Assembly: GCA_964653195.1 (NCBI GenBank)
Contig: CAZZCX010000001.1
Location: 35,290-99,289 of the forward strand
Direction of reading: 5' to 3'
Length of the DNA: 64,000 bases
Source: an uncultured Gammaproteobacteria bacterium
Lineage (GTDB): Bacteria; Patescibacteriota; Microgenomatia; Levybacterales; UBA12049
Below are positions 10,444 to 21,322 of the stretch, piece after piece. A model generated the notes under the pieces. It was not told the origin of the DNA, made no database searches, and saw only the letters and a program-made list of their open reading frames with translations. A program made the translations under genes and the position numbers. Positions within the stretch are counted from its first letter, which is position 1, and every line of letters begins with the position of its first letter.

Positions 10444-11176
10444 GGAAAAGCCATTTTTTTTTGCAGTTGTGCGTCCAAAAGAAGCAAGTCTTTATCAGCC
10501 CTTTAAGCCATTTATAGGACCAATATTAGATCTTGGTTGTGGAGATGGTTTTTTTGCATCTGTTGCCTTTGGTAGATTAGATGCAGGAGTCGATCCAGAT
10601 AATAATGCAGTTAAAGAAGCAAAAGCTCGTCGTATATATAAAGAAATAAGATACTATGATGGAAATAAAATCCCTTATGAAAATAAATACTTTTCTACTG
10701 TTGTTAGTAATTCAACCCTGGAACATATTTCTAACTTAGACGATGTACTCAAGGAAACTTCACGAGTCTTGAAAAAAAACGGAAAGTTTTATTTTACAAC
10801 TGTTACAGATTCTTGGCCAGAATATTTATTTGGAAATCTGTTTCTAGGTGACTTATACAAGAAATATTTTGTAGATAAATCTAAACATTATAATATGTAC
10901 TCTATAAGTAAATGGAAAAAGTTATTAAAGGTTCATGGTTTTAGTGTTATATCATATCAACATTACCTAGATAATAAAAAAATTTTGTGGCTATTTGATA
11001 TTTCTCATTATTTTAGTTTTCCATCTTTAATTACGAAAAAGATTTTAGGTAAGTGGGTACTATTCCCCAACAAGGAGAAGGCAGCAGGAAAGCTCAAAGA
11101 TTTTTTAATTAAACAGACTAAGAATGATAACAGAAAAGGACCTTATCTATTTATTTCTGCAATAAAAATAAATTAA
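10394..11176 (+). CDS. class I SAM-dependent methyltransferase (Methyltransf_11-like)
   Basis: ILDLGCGDGFFA motif I. Overlaps the 3' end of the GT4 gene, so the true start may be slightly downstream. Confidence 0.6.
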   Translation: MKKLSNNMKKYLTAFLREKPFFFAVVRPKEASLYQPFKPFIGPILDLGCGDGFFASVAFGRLDAGVDPDNNAVKEAKARRIYKEIRYYDGNKIPYENKYFSTVVSNSTLEHISNLDDVLKETSRVLKKNGKFYFTTVTDSWPEYLFGNLFLGDLYKKYFVDKSKHYNMYSISKWKKLLKVHGFSVISYQHYLDNKKILWLFDISHYFSFPSLITKKILGKWVLFPNKEKAAGKLKDFLIKQTKNDNRKGPYLFISAIKIN

Positions 11177-12906
11177 TTACCTCTGACTTTTTTATAAATA
11201 AGTACTTGTGGATGGTCATAAACAGTGAAAGATTCTTCTGATAAATCATCAGGTATAGTAAGTGGTATACCTAGATACTCTAATGAAGGATAAGAGTTAA
11301 ATTCTGCAATTTTTATAAAACCGCGTTTTCCGGCAAACAAATCATCATAGAATTTGCTGGTGATAGGATACCTCTCAGGGACTCGAGAAATACTTGCCCA
11401 AGCTCTATTTGAAGATAGGATATAATAGTCGGATTGAGATAAAACCTCATTTAATTTTTCCCATTTTTCACTAGAGTCAGGATTGAATATATGAAGTTCA
11501 AGATGGTTGAAATATTTTTGTTGACCAGCAAACCGAAGAGGTAATGGATCATCCCATACTTCCCAAGCTATTACACTTCCTTCCGGAATATTATCATAAA
11601 TCCAATCTGATGCTTCAATTCTTGAATGAGGTGTTTTATAAATTGACAAAAAAGATAAAGGCCAGATAACGACAATTATTAAGCAAATAAATTTAAAAAT
11701 TACATGCTTATTTGTTAGCAAGCTATCCCACCCTAATGCAGCAAAAATTGCCAGAAAAGGATAAATAAAAATAAAATATCTAATAGCTTTGACTATTTGC
11801 GTAGATTGAAATAAGAAAAATGCCATGACCCAAAGAAGTATGGTTATAAAAATAATATTTCTTTTTCTTGCTAATATGATGACAATGCCTAATATCGCAA
11901 AAAAGAAATAAGGTATACCTACACCGAATAGTATTAAATTAAAAAGACTAAATAATACTGGTGTTCTGTTAAGCCACTGGACTCCGGGCGGAAACCAGGC
12001 ATCTTCGCTCTCCCAAGACTTAAGTGTTTGCCAATTTTGGATTAGGAGTGTACTAATTTTCGGATTTAAAAAAGATGCATTTTCAAACATATAGGGATTA
12101 GAAATACGAATTGAAAAATACGTAAAAAACAGAAAGATCATAAATGACATTATTAAAGTTAAAAGTGTTTTTTTATTTTCTTTAAAAATTGCTACAAATG
12201 ATCTGGAAAATTTGATACGCTGCACATAATAGATTCCAATAATCGATAGTAATAGAGGAAGAAAGAATATAGCAGTAATTTTTGATCCGAATGCGAATCC
12301 AAGGAAAATTCCGCTAAATATTAACGGTTGGTATTCGTTTTTAATATAAAATCTAATACAAAAATAAAAAGAAGCAAATAGAAAGGTGTTAAGAAATAGA
12401 TCTACAGCAAAAAAATGAGAAAGTTGTATAGGTAATACGCTTATAGCATAGAAGAATGAAGCCAAATATTTAATGGAGCTATTAAGCTTTAACTTTTCTT
12501 CAATTAGCTTAATAGTTTTATAAATTAGTATGACGGTAAGTATATCCAAAAACGCAGAGAATAATCGTCCGGTAATAGTAAAGCCATTATAATTATCATT
12601 AGCACTGAAAATTGATGCAAGTTTATTAAGAGTTATAGGTAGCGCGCCATAAACGTAAAAAGGATATTTTCTGTTACCTTCATTGTCATATAAATTAACA
12701 GGATTTAGGCTTGATGTTTTGGGATTTAGATAATTTTTCAAACTATTTGGTATCTTTGTATCTATACCAACCATTGTGAGAAATCTTTCATCAGGGTGAA
12801 GATGTGTGTTATTATCCCAATTTATACCGGTAAATCGAAGAATAATTGCTAGAATGATAATTCCTATTATTAATAATTTAGTCGCAATTTGGTTAAATGA
12901 AGACAT
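11173..12906 (-). CDS. GT-C fold membrane glycosyltransferase (ArnT/PMT, family 39/83-like)
   Basis: Polytopic, with an HPDERFL motif in the first extracytoplasmic loop and a C-terminal soluble domain. Confidence 0.55.
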   Translation of the reverse strand: MSSFNQIATKLLIIGIIILAIILRFTGINWDNNTHLHPDERFLTMVGIDTKIPNSLKNYLNPKTSSLNPVNLYDNEGNRKYPFYVYGALPITLNKLASIFSANDNYNGFTITGRLFSAFLDILTVILIYKTIKLIEEKLKLNSSIKYLASFFYAISVLPIQLSHFFAVDLFLNTFLFASFYFCIRFYIKNEYQPLIFSGIFLGFAFGSKITAIFFLPLLLSIIGIYYVQRIKFSRSFVAIFKENKKTLLTLIMSFMIFLFFTYFSIRISNPYMFENASFLNPKISTLLIQNWQTLKSWESEDAWFPPGVQWLNRTPVLFSLFNLILFGVGIPYFFFAILGIVIILARKRNIIFITILLWVMAFFLFQSTQIVKAIRYFIFIYPFLAIFAALGWDSLLTNKHVIFKFICLIIVVIWPLSFLSIYKTPHSRIEASDWIYDNIPEGSVIAWEVWDDPLPLRFAGQQKYFNHLELHIFNPDSSEKWEKLNEVLSQSDYYILSSNRAWASISRVPERYPITSKFYDDLFAGKRGFIKIAEFNSYPSLEYLGIPLTIPDDLSEESFTVYDHPQVLIYKKVRGN

Positions 12907-12911
12907 ATAAC

Positions 12912-14591
12912 TTATTTAATCTTTTTGAAAATATAGACTGTCGGATTGTCAAATACATTTACTGTCTGTTCGAAAGATAACATTGGGTTATTTATATAAA
13001 TTATTTTACAATAAAAATCACATGGCGATTTAAAAATTAGTTTATATTTAGTGATGTCAAAGAAAGATGTATAAATCAAATATCGCTTTGGAAAACGCGT
13101 TTTTTTAAGTTGTGCCATTTTTAAAAGTCGTTCGCTGGGAAGTATGATATATTCTGTATTAGAAAGCGTTTGCGATAGCGGAGTGTTATTGCATAAATCA
13201 TCGCTTTTTTCTGAATTATAAAAATCACAAAGGACGATATTGTGCAGATTGGGATTAAAAGCAATTATACCTAGGTCATATGTTTCACTAATTATTTTAC
13301 TATTTGAAGGTATATTTTGCTTCGCCCATTCTGCTGCTGCTACTCTATTGTCGGGTTTAGCAAGCACGGTTACAAAATAAGAAAAGGTAAAAATTAAACT
13401 GATTATTGAGACTATACTTAATACTTGATATTTAATGCTTGATAACTTTGGATTATTTAGAAATAAATCTGTAATCAGTATTGAGACAATCAAATAAATA
13501 AATGGCAATGTCGGCACCATATAACGTGTCCACTTAACAAATAAAAATGCTTGGGAAAGGAAAAGTAGTAAGTAGCAAGAAATAAGTAGCAAATAATTCT
13601 TGTTTTTTGATTTAACAGATATCCAAAAGATATAAAAAAAAGAAGGAATAAATAGAACAGTAATAAGAGGATTAAGTAGGAAAGGATATATATATTTAAA
13701 ATGATACAAAACTGGAATTGTATCGAAAAACTCATGAGTATAGAAGACATCAATCGCTCCTGTTGCAACTTTTGATTCGTAATTTATACTGTTTTCGAAA
13801 GAAGGAAAATCTAAAAATGTAAATGGATTACTAATTAAATATATTAACGATGCCGAGCCTAATATTAAAAAGGAGGAAAGGAATTTAAAAGATATTTTTT
13901 TAAATAAAACAAATCTATATCTCTCTTCAGGTATTTTATTAAATGCTGATATTAATATACTAAATAAAGGTAGGATGACAAATAAAATATTCGATATTTT
14001 TGTAGATATTAAAATTCCTAGAATTAATCCGGTAAGTATTAATGCTTTAATACTAATCTGATGACTCAACTTTATGGCAGTCCAAATTAGGAGCAGGCAA
14101 AAAAAAGTAATCCATATTTCAAAAGTTCCAAAGTGAGAAAATTGAATAAATCCCACACTTGAAGAAGCAAGAAAGGCTGCTAGTAAGCCTACTTTTTCTG
14201 AGTGTATTTTTTTACCGATTTTATATATCAAAGCGATAATCAAAATAGAGAAAAAAGCAGAAAAAAATCTTCCAATAAAAATAGCTTGATCAAAAGGAAT
14301 TTGAAAATTATCATTCGGTTGGTTGAATGTAAGTTGAAAATATCTAACTAAGTTCAGCAATACTCCTGTGAAGTAGACTGTGTATATTGGTAATGATCCA
14401 TATGCAAAAAAATTAGGATTCATTTGCCCAGGAAATTTTAACTGAGAAATAGAAGAAGCTATATTTCTTTCATCTGGATGGAAATAGTAAGGTGCGCCCC
14501 AGTTCAAATTGTAATATCTCAGAAAAGCTCCAAGAACCATTAAGCATATTAAGGTAAGTACTGTTTTATTTTTTACTAGATATTTTTTCAT
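12912..14591 (-). CDS. GT-C fold membrane glycosyltransferase (ArnT/PMT-like), tandem paralog
   Basis: FHPDERNIA loop motif and the same architecture as its neighbour. Confidence 0.55.
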   Translation of the reverse strand: MKKYLVKNKTVLTLICLMVLGAFLRYYNLNWGAPYYFHPDERNIASSISQLKFPGQMNPNFFAYGSLPIYTVYFTGVLLNLVRYFQLTFNQPNDNFQIPFDQAIFIGRFFSAFFSILIIALIYKIGKKIHSEKVGLLAAFLASSSVGFIQFSHFGTFEIWITFFCLLLIWTAIKLSHQISIKALILTGLILGILISTKISNILFVILPLFSILISAFNKIPEERYRFVLFKKISFKFLSSFLILGSASLIYLISNPFTFLDFPSFENSINYESKVATGAIDVFYTHEFFDTIPVLYHFKYIYPFLLNPLITVLFIPSFFYIFWISVKSKNKNYLLLISCYLLLFLSQAFLFVKWTRYMVPTLPFIYLIVSILITDLFLNNPKLSSIKYQVLSIVSIISLIFTFSYFVTVLAKPDNRVAAAEWAKQNIPSNSKIISETYDLGIIAFNPNLHNIVLCDFYNSEKSDDLCNNTPLSQTLSNTEYIILPSERLLKMAQLKKTRFPKRYLIYTSFFDITKYKLIFKSPCDFYCKIIYINNPMLSFEQTVNVFDNPTVYIFKKIK

Positions 14592-15873
14592 GTAAGATCA
14601 GTTTAGCTACTATCTGACCAAGCTCAACAGCATAGTTAGTTCCTCTGTCCCATGGATATACCTGTTCAATATTGGCAAGAAATACGTTGGATAACGGTGT
14701 TAACATTGAGGGCATAATTTCTGAATAATTTACAGGAACTATTGGTTGGGCAAAAGGAGCTTTAAATAATCGCATGCCTATCAAATTATTTTTATAAACA
14801 GGATTAATTTTTTTTAAAAATGGATCAAAAATTGAAAGCATATCCTCTTCAGTCATAGAAAAATATGGATGATTAGGAGTAACATAATTTCCAAGATAGA
14901 CTATGTGTTCATTGTTGTAATTTCTTTTATCCATGAAGTTTGTATGCTCTACTATTGCCATTACTGGTGATCTATTATCGCAAACACTAAGCCAGTAAGT
15001 TTTATCGTGGAAAAATGGTTTACTTAGTCTAAGAACGAGATTGGTAGCGCCCAAGCCCTTGAGTCTATTTAGCCTTTTAATATAAGATTCCGGTAGCTGA
15101 GGGGTAATTTTTTGAAAAAGAAATGAAGGTAGTGTGACGATTGCCTTATCGAATTTTACTGTTTTTTTATTTCCTTTTTCTTTTAATACAATTTTTATAC
15201 CCCCTGAATCTCTTAATTCTAATATTTCTTTATTGAATAATATCTTTCCTTTATTTTCCTCGATTATAGAAACTAAATGTTTTGCAAAAGATAAAAATCC
15301 TCCTTCTGGATATACTAAAGATGGAGTTCTCTTTTTGATACGAGCCCAAAACCAGGCAAGTGAAATATCTGAAATGTAAGAATCAAATTTATTATGAAAT
15401 TGGGGCTGCCAAAGAGTTTTATATGCGTTTTCTCCCATAGTTTTTTGTAGAAAAGATTCAGCATGAATTTTTTCAAGAGGTTGCCAGTAAGGATTAAATT
15501 TAAGAAACCCCAACACTGCTGCCATACGTAACTTATCAGTAATCGGTAATTTTGGAAAACGCAAAACGCTTAAAGGTGAATCAAGTTGATAAATAGAATT
15601 ATCAACATATACTGATGTTTTAGGTCGAGGTATTAAGACGGCATGATTGATCTCTTTCGCTAAATCAATAATATACTTGTCGTTTGCGAACCAGTGGTGG
15701 TAGTGTTTTTCAAGTGTCCATTTCCAGCTTTTCTCTTGATAACCAATAGCGAGTCCACCGGGTTGCGAATCTTTCTCAAAAACTGTAACTTCATGTCCTG
15801 TTTTTATTAGTTGATATGCTGCTGAAAGACCTGTGAACCCGGCTCCTATTATTGCTATTTTCATACTAATCAA
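14566..15873 (-). CDS. FAD-dependent oxidoreductase (amine oxidase / phytoene desaturase / UDP-galactopyranose mutase superfamily)
   Basis: N-terminal KIAIIGAGFTGLSAAYQL dinucleotide-binding motif ...EKDSQPGG. Confidence 0.6.
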   Translation of the reverse strand: MISMKIAIIGAGFTGLSAAYQLIKTGHEVTVFEKDSQPGGLAIGYQEKSWKWTLEKHYHHWFANDKYIIDLAKEINHAVLIPRPKTSVYVDNSIYQLDSPLSVLRFPKLPITDKLRMAAVLGFLKFNPYWQPLEKIHAESFLQKTMGENAYKTLWQPQFHNKFDSYISDISLAWFWARIKKRTPSLVYPEGGFLSFAKHLVSIIEENKGKILFNKEILELRDSGGIKIVLKEKGNKKTVKFDKAIVTLPSFLFQKITPQLPESYIKRLNRLKGLGATNLVLRLSKPFFHDKTYWLSVCDNRSPVMAIVEHTNFMDKRNYNNEHIVYLGNYVTPNHPYFSMTEEDMLSIFDPFLKKINPVYKNNLIGMRLFKAPFAQPIVPVNYSEIMPSMLTPLSNVFLANIEQVYPWDRGTNYAVELGQIVAKLILHEKISSKK

Positions 15874-15947
15874 TTGTACAATAAATTTAGATTATAGATC
15901 GGTAATTTAAATTTTTAAATGTTTTAAAGATAAATATTGTGAAGATT

Positions 15948-17336
15948 TTAGATTCGGCTTAGGAGAAAAGTTAACGAGCCTATAAGCGTTATAAAAGTAA
16001 GAAATCCGATAGTTATTACTAAGCTCTCGCTACCTGGTGGGGTAATGCTGGGCTGACTTGATGGTATGCTTGTTGATTGTATAGATGGAGACAACTGCAG
16101 AATTGTTGGTGACGGATTCAGTGTAATTGTGGGTGAGGCTATTGGTGTAGCTGATGGTAAAACAGTAGGAACTTGAGTTGGTGATGTTTTCGGCTTTGTC
16201 GGTGCTACAGAAGGGTCCGTAAACTGACTTCCTTCTGCGTTTATTCCGAATGATTGCATTATACCCTCGATAATACCAGTTGAATTTTTCGCGGAAACTG
16301 AAAGTTTATATATCCCGGGTGCAAGTTTTATATCAGGCCTGAATTTCCAGCGTCCCTCCATATCTGAGAGAATTTTTTCGTTAATGATTTCTTCGGCCTC
16401 AAGCATATTAATTGTTATATTAACCTGAGTATTTGCGGTAGAATTACCAATAAATTCTGGCTGAGTATCGTTAAGAGTTTGATCTTTTTCTGGAACTAAA
16501 ATTTCTAATTTCCCGTTGCTTTTAGGTAAGTTAGAAAATAAAGGCATTGTGGATTTTGCAGTATCGGTTGCCGTTTTAGCTGTATCCCCTGGTACTGAAG
16601 TAAAGTTATACACTTGCGAAAGGGTAATCGTAGGTATGGATCCTGCATCTTTCATAAAAATACTGGCTGTTGCTTGCTCACCATCACCGATAATTGTTAA
16701 ATTTACTTTTTCATCATCTGTGATTTCATCAATTTTTTGCAGATCCTGTGTGAAAAGATTTTTTACTATCATTCTAAATGAGCCATCCTGATTTAGTATT
16801 GTGGAGATTAGCTGAGAATTTCCGATTTGTGCGTAGACTGAGCCTTCTTTAGGGTAGGATCCGTCCATTCGAATCACCTTACCTGAGATTATTTTCTCTT
16901 CTACGCGGGATGAAATATTCGCAGGTGATGTTTTAACAGTATAAGGTTCTCCATTATCGTTATATGTTTCGTTATTCGATATAAGATTGAAAAAATATTC
17001 TGTATTTGGCTTAAGGTTATTGATAGTGAAGTAATGAAGTCGATGTGGTTTTTCATTAATTTCTCTTTCGCGATCATCTTTAACTAGCACTTCCGGATTT
17101 TTTGATTCACCATAAGAAACTTGCCCTATACTTTCAGATGCAGTTGAGAAAGACACTGTGAATGATGTAGTAGAGATATTTGCAATCCTAACAATTGTTG
17201 GAGTTTTAGCCGGTGATGCTCGTAAGCTTAGAAAGCTTTTTCCACTTAATAAGAATATCGTTAGACCCAAAATTATGCAAAGAAATACTAGTCCAATGTG
17301 TGTGGGTATTTTATGATCCAATATAGATTTGTTCAT
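15948..17336 (-). CDS. cell-surface protein with an N-terminal TM/signal, Ig/FN3-like beta-rich middle, and a Pro/Ser/Thr-rich stalk ending in a C-terminal TM anchor
   Basis: N-terminal hydrophobic segment; C-terminal ...SPTITLNPSPTILQLSPS... followed by LVITIGFLTFITLIGSLTFLL. Confidence 0.4.
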   Translation of the reverse strand: MNKSILDHKIPTHIGLVFLCIILGLTIFLLSGKSFLSLRASPAKTPTIVRIANISTTSFTVSFSTASESIGQVSYGESKNPEVLVKDDREREINEKPHRLHYFTINNLKPNTEYFFNLISNNETYNDNGEPYTVKTSPANISSRVEEKIISGKVIRMDGSYPKEGSVYAQIGNSQLISTILNQDGSFRMIVKNLFTQDLQKIDEITDDEKVNLTIIGDGEQATASIFMKDAGSIPTITLSQVYNFTSVPGDTAKTATDTAKSTMPLFSNLPKSNGKLEILVPEKDQTLNDTQPEFIGNSTANTQVNITINMLEAEEIINEKILSDMEGRWKFRPDIKLAPGIYKLSVSAKNSTGIIEGIMQSFGINAEGSQFTDPSVAPTKPKTSPTQVPTVLPSATPIASPTITLNPSPTILQLSPSIQSTSIPSSQPSITPPGSESLVITIGFLTFITLIGSLTFLLSRI

Positions 17337-17338
17337 AA

Positions 17339-17701
17339 TTATTCGGAATCTAAAGGAAAATTTGATGGTATAGGCGAATTTAGGGGAGAAATTGTAACTG
17401 AGGTATCTATTTTTGGTTTTGAAGTCTCAGGAGCTGGAGACGTGCTTATTATTTCAGCTTCAAACGATGCAAAACTCTCTTTATAGTCAGGCAGTATAGT
17501 CCTTCGGTTCTTCAAGTCTTCAATCGTGTCAACATCAAATTTCCCCTTTATCGGGATTATTTGCAATTGAAGCGTATCATCTATGGTAGAGGTTACATAA
17601 GCATTATAAATATTTGAACCAATCCAAAGAAAAACGATTAGACATAAGGAGATTGACAAATATGCAAGATCTTTTTGTATTCGGTATTTTTTATTTTTCA
17701 T
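17339..17701 (-). CDS. small membrane-anchored protein, co-operonic with the PilN/PilO-like genes
   Basis: One N-terminal TM followed by a Pro/Ser-rich tail. Confidence 0.3.
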   Translation of the reverse strand: MKNKKYRIQKDLAYLSISLCLIVFLWIGSNIYNAYVTSTIDDTLQLQIIPIKGKFDVDTIEDLKNRRTILPDYKESFASFEAEIISTSPAPETSKPKIDTSVTISPLNSPIPSNFPLDSE

Positions 17702-18321
17702 AATGTAAAAAAGACTCTACCTTGAATAGTTATTGATTCCTGAGATTCATTGTTATAAGAAATTGATTCAAGTCTTATTATTCTATCGAAATTTAAAACA
17801 AGATTGGCAAACTGAGTCAGGTTGTCTTTAGAGCCTTTTGCAGTTACATTAAAAACGAAAGAATCTGATTTTGGAATAATTGTTTTTTTTGAATTTGATT
17901 TTGGTAAATCTAGCGAAGACGATCGAAGATCGGTTATGGTTGTATTCGATATCTCTGCGATTGCCTGCAATTGTCCAAATAGTTTAACAGCTTCAGGATG
18001 TTCAGGAACCGCATAAGCAACCAATGGCCAGGTGTTAATTAGCGCTTCGTATTCAGTGTTAAGGGAAGATAAATTGGCTATTTTTATTTTAAGCGTATCA
18101 CTGACAAATTCGCTATCTTTTAACTTTCGATTTAATTCAAAAATTGTAGTGAGCGTTGGATTAATAGCGAAAATGCCAAGAAATGATAGGGAAATAAGAG
18201 TGAGGATAAGCATAATATAGATATGTGTTCTTTCCTCTTTCAATCGAGGATGTGATCTCACCAATGCCATATATCGTTCTTTTGTAAAGTTTTTAACTAT
18301 TTTTTTGTTAAATAGTCCCAT
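17698..18321 (-). CDS. PilO-like type IV pilus assembly protein
   Basis: Short cytoplasmic N-terminus, one TM, a coiled-coil segment, then an alpha/beta domain. Stop/start overlaps the upstream PilN-like gene. Confidence 0.45.
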   Translation of the reverse strand: MGLFNKKIVKNFTKERYMALVRSHPRLKEERTHIYIMLILTLISLSFLGIFAINPTLTTIFELNRKLKDSEFVSDTLKIKIANLSSLNTEYEALINTWPLVAYAVPEHPEAVKLFGQLQAIAEISNTTITDLRSSSLDLPKSNSKKTIIPKSDSFVFNVTAKGSKDNLTQFANLVLNFDRIIRLESISYNNESQESITIQGRVFFTL

Positions 18322-18322
18322 A

Positions 18323-18868
18323 TTAGTTATTAATTTTTTGTAACACAGCAGTGAAAGTTATATTTATTAGAGCGCTTTTTGGTTTACTTTCTACCTTATC
18401 TATACTTAAAGACTTAACCCGAGGATGATTTTTTAATTCATTTGTGAATGCGCTAAGGGAATCAGTGGACGAAGACGTCGCAGTAACAGAGAGAGAGTCT
18501 GGAGTAATAGTGAATGCAGTATAGTTGATATTGGAATTTGTATTTTCCATAAATTTACGGAAGAGATCAAAAGTCGCTGCAGATGAACTGGTACTATCCT
18601 TGCTAAGATCTAACTTTAGATGTGTATTTCTAAATTTTTCTTCACCTTGCCGAAACATTTGTACGAAGGTTTGTTGTTTTTTTATAGAGTCACTATAGTC
18701 TATAAGCTTTCTATCTATAGAGAAACGTGATAAAAAAACAAAAAGAGCTATCACCTCAGTTATTATTACGAGAAGTCTGCCTATATATAGTGCCCAAAAC
18801 AAAAATATATCTGCTGTCGATTTGTCTTTGGTTGAAAGTAAATTAATTGAATGGTTTTCTTTTTCCAT
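18323..18868 (-). CDS. PilN-like type IV pilus assembly protein
   Basis: N-terminal HSINLL motif (PilN INLLP signature) followed by a single TM. Confidence 0.5.
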   Translation of the reverse strand: MEKENHSINLLSTKDKSTADIFLFWALYIGRLLVIITEVIALFVFLSRFSIDRKLIDYSDSIKKQQTFVQMFRQGEEKFRNTHLKLDLSKDSTSSSAATFDLFRKFMENTNSNINYTAFTITPDSLSVTATSSSTDSLSAFTNELKNHPRVKSLSIDKVESKPKSALINITFTAVLQKINN

Positions 18869-18924
18869 AACTATAAACCTGAGAAAAATTCAGGCTATAT
18901 TCAGTCTAAGTAAATTTATTTTGA

Positions 18925-18953
18925 TTGTCAAAGTAGGATTGATATGTTATACT
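18925..18953 (+). promoter_or_regulatory. sigma70-type promoter for fusA (TTGTCA-17-TATACT)
   Basis: ttgtca at 18925-18930, a 17-nt spacer, tatact at 18948-18953, about 35 nt upstream of the fusA ATG. Confidence 0.4.
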
Positions 18954-18987
18954 TTTGCAGGTTAAAAGAACTACTTTATTTATTCAT

Positions 18988-21108
18988 ATGTCAACAATGC
19001 CAACCAGATCGCGTTTATATCCTTTAGATAAAATCCGAAATATCGGAATCATCGCGCATATAGATGCAGGGAAAACTACAACTACCGAAAGAATACTTTT
19101 TTATACCGGAAGAACATATAAGATAGGTGATATTGATGATGGAAATACGCAAATGGATTGGATGGAGCAGGAGAAAGAACGAGGTATTACTATTGTTTCT
19201 GCAGCTACTACGACATTTTGGAAAGATTATCGTATTAATATTATAGATACTCCTGGTCACGTCGATTTTACAGCTGAAGTAGAAAGATCACTTCGTGTTC
19301 TAGATGGTGGCATTACAGTACTTGATGCAGAGGAAGGTGTTCAGTCTCAATCAGAAACAGTTTGGAGACAAGCTGATAAGTATAAAGTTCCAAGAATTTG
19401 TTTTGTAAATAAAATGGACAAGCTTGGTGCTAATTTCCTTAAGACTGTTGAAAGCATTGAAAGAAGACTTGGAGCAAATCCGGCTATTATGGTGCTCCCA
19501 ATAGGCGCTGAAAATACTTACGTAGGCAATGTAGATTTACTTACACGTCAAGTAATACTATGGGGATCAGATGATCTAGGAGCTAAATTTCAAATTTCTG
19601 ATCAAGTACCAGCAGAAATGAAAGAGAAGGTTGAGGAGTATAGGCATAAGCTTATTGAAAAAATATCTGAAACCGATGATGTTTTGCTTGAAAAGTATCT
19701 CGGCGGTCAAGAGCCAGCTGTTGAGGAGTTAAAGAAAGCTTTACGTGCAGCAGTTATTGCATATAAGTTGGTTCCTATATATGCTGGCACTTCTTTGAGA
19801 AATAAAGGCGTTCAGCCATTATTAGACGCAGTTATTGACTATCTTCCGTCCCCTCAAGATTTAGACCATGTTACCGGCATAAATCCAAAAACAGAATCTG
19901 AAGAAACTAGAAAGCTTATACCAGATGAAAAATTATCTGGTCTGGCATTTAAGATTCAAAATGATCCGCATGTAGGAAAACTTACATATTTTCGCGTATA
20001 TTCAGGAGTTATTGTGTCAGGGTCATATATTTATAACAGTACTAAAAAAGTTAGAGAGAGGGTAGGAAGACTTCTTTTAATGCATGCTAATCAGAGAGAA
20101 GAAGTGAAAGAAGCATACGCTGGAGAAATAGTTGCAGTTGTCGGACTTAAAGAAACAGTTACGGGAGACTCATTATGTGAAGAAGGCTTCCCTATACTCT
20201 TAGAGCAAATTTCATTTCCAGAGCCAGTTATTTCACTTGCAATTGAACCGCAAACAAAATCTGACCAAGAAAAGCTGGGTTTTGCACTAAAGAGATTGCA
20301 GGAAGAAGATCCAACATTTAGAGTCAAAACTAATCATGAAACAGGTCAAACTATAATATCTGGAATTGGCGAATTGCAACTTGAAATCATGGTAGATCGT
20401 ATGAAGAGAGAATTTGGCGTCCTAGCAAATGTTGGTGCACCTCAGGTTGCTTATAAAGAGACTTTTGCTACATCTGCTGAAGGAGAGGGAAAATATATCA
20501 GACAATCAGGTGGTCGTGGACAATATGGGCACTGTTTGTTAAGAGTTGAACCAAGACCTCGTGGAGAAGGATATGAGTTCGTCGATGCCATTAAAGGTGG
20601 AGCGATACCTGCAGAATTTGTAAGAGCTGTAGAAAAAGGAGTTTTTGAGATGTTAGATAACGGGCTTATGCTTGGATATCCATTAGTTGATTTAAAAGTA
20701 ACGGTATATGACGGATCATTCCATGATGTTGACTCTTCTGAAAACGCATTTAAGATTGCAGCGTCTCAAGCGATGCAAGCAGCCTCTAAAAAGGCGCAGA
20801 TGAGTTTACTTGAACCTATAATGAAAGTAGAGGTCACAACACCTTCTGAGTTCATGGGAGACATTATAGGTGACCTATCTTCAAAGCGCGCACAAATATT
20901 AGGAACTGAAGAACGAGGAACTGCCACTATTGTTTTAGCTATGGTTCCACTCGAGGAATTATCGGGATATGCTACTCAACTTAGATCAATGTCACAAGGT
21001 CGTGCTTCGTATTACATGGAACCGTCGCATTACGAGGAAGTACCACGAAATATAGTCGATCAGATGCTTTCTAAGTCCACGTTCACTGGCCGCATTGCTG
21101 CTAATTAA
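18988..21108 (+). CDS. fusA: elongation factor G
   Basis: G-domain motifs [18 protein letters not shown] and EF-G domains II-V. The ORF-track start 18955 is a TTG, so the first ATG (18988) is used. Confidence 0.9.
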   Translation: MSTMPTRSRLYPLDKIRNIGIIAHIDAGKTTTTERILFYTGRTYKIGDIDDGNTQMDWMEQEKERGITIVSAATTTFWKDYRINIIDTPGHVDFTAEVERSLRVLDGGITVLDAEEGVQSQSETVWRQADKYKVPRICFVNKMDKLGANFLKTVESIERRLGANPAIMVLPIGAENTYVGNVDLLTRQVILWGSDDLGAKFQISDQVPAEMKEKVEEYRHKLIEKISETDDVLLEKYLGGQEPAVEELKKALRAAVIAYKLVPIYAGTSLRNKGVQPLLDAVIDYLPSPQDLDHVTGINPKTESEETRKLIPDEKLSGLAFKIQNDPHVGKLTYFRVYSGVIVSGSYIYNSTKKVRERVGRLLLMHANQREEVKEAYAGEIVAVVGLKETVTGDSLCEEGFPILLEQISFPEPVISLAIEPQTKSDQEKLGFALKRLQEEDPTFRVKTNHETGQTIISGIGELQLEIMVDRMKREFGVLANVGAPQVAYKETFATSAEGEGKYIRQSGGRGQYGHCLLRVEPRPRGEGYEFVDAIKGGAIPAEFVRAVEKGVFEMLDNGLMLGYPLVDLKVTVYDGSFHDVDSSENAFKIAASQAMQAASKKAQMSLLEPIMKVEVTTPSEFMGDIIGDLSSKRAQILGTEERGTATIVLAMVPLEELSGYATQLRSMSQGRASYYMEPSHYEEVPRNIVDQMLSKSTFTGRIAAN

Positions 21109-21322
21109 GACCTAAGCTTTCATTAAGGAATTAGGCAAAAAACTTTCAACTGTAAAAGCAGAGTTACTTATATTTATAATTAGACCCTACATATCTGATG
21201 AAGAATTGAATTATTTATAAACTATACTTAGGAGAGCCAAATTTTCAGTCAGTGATAATAAATTAACTCTTAATTTATGAAGTTAATTTAAGTTTAATTA
21301 TCTTTAGTTTATACTTTATTCT

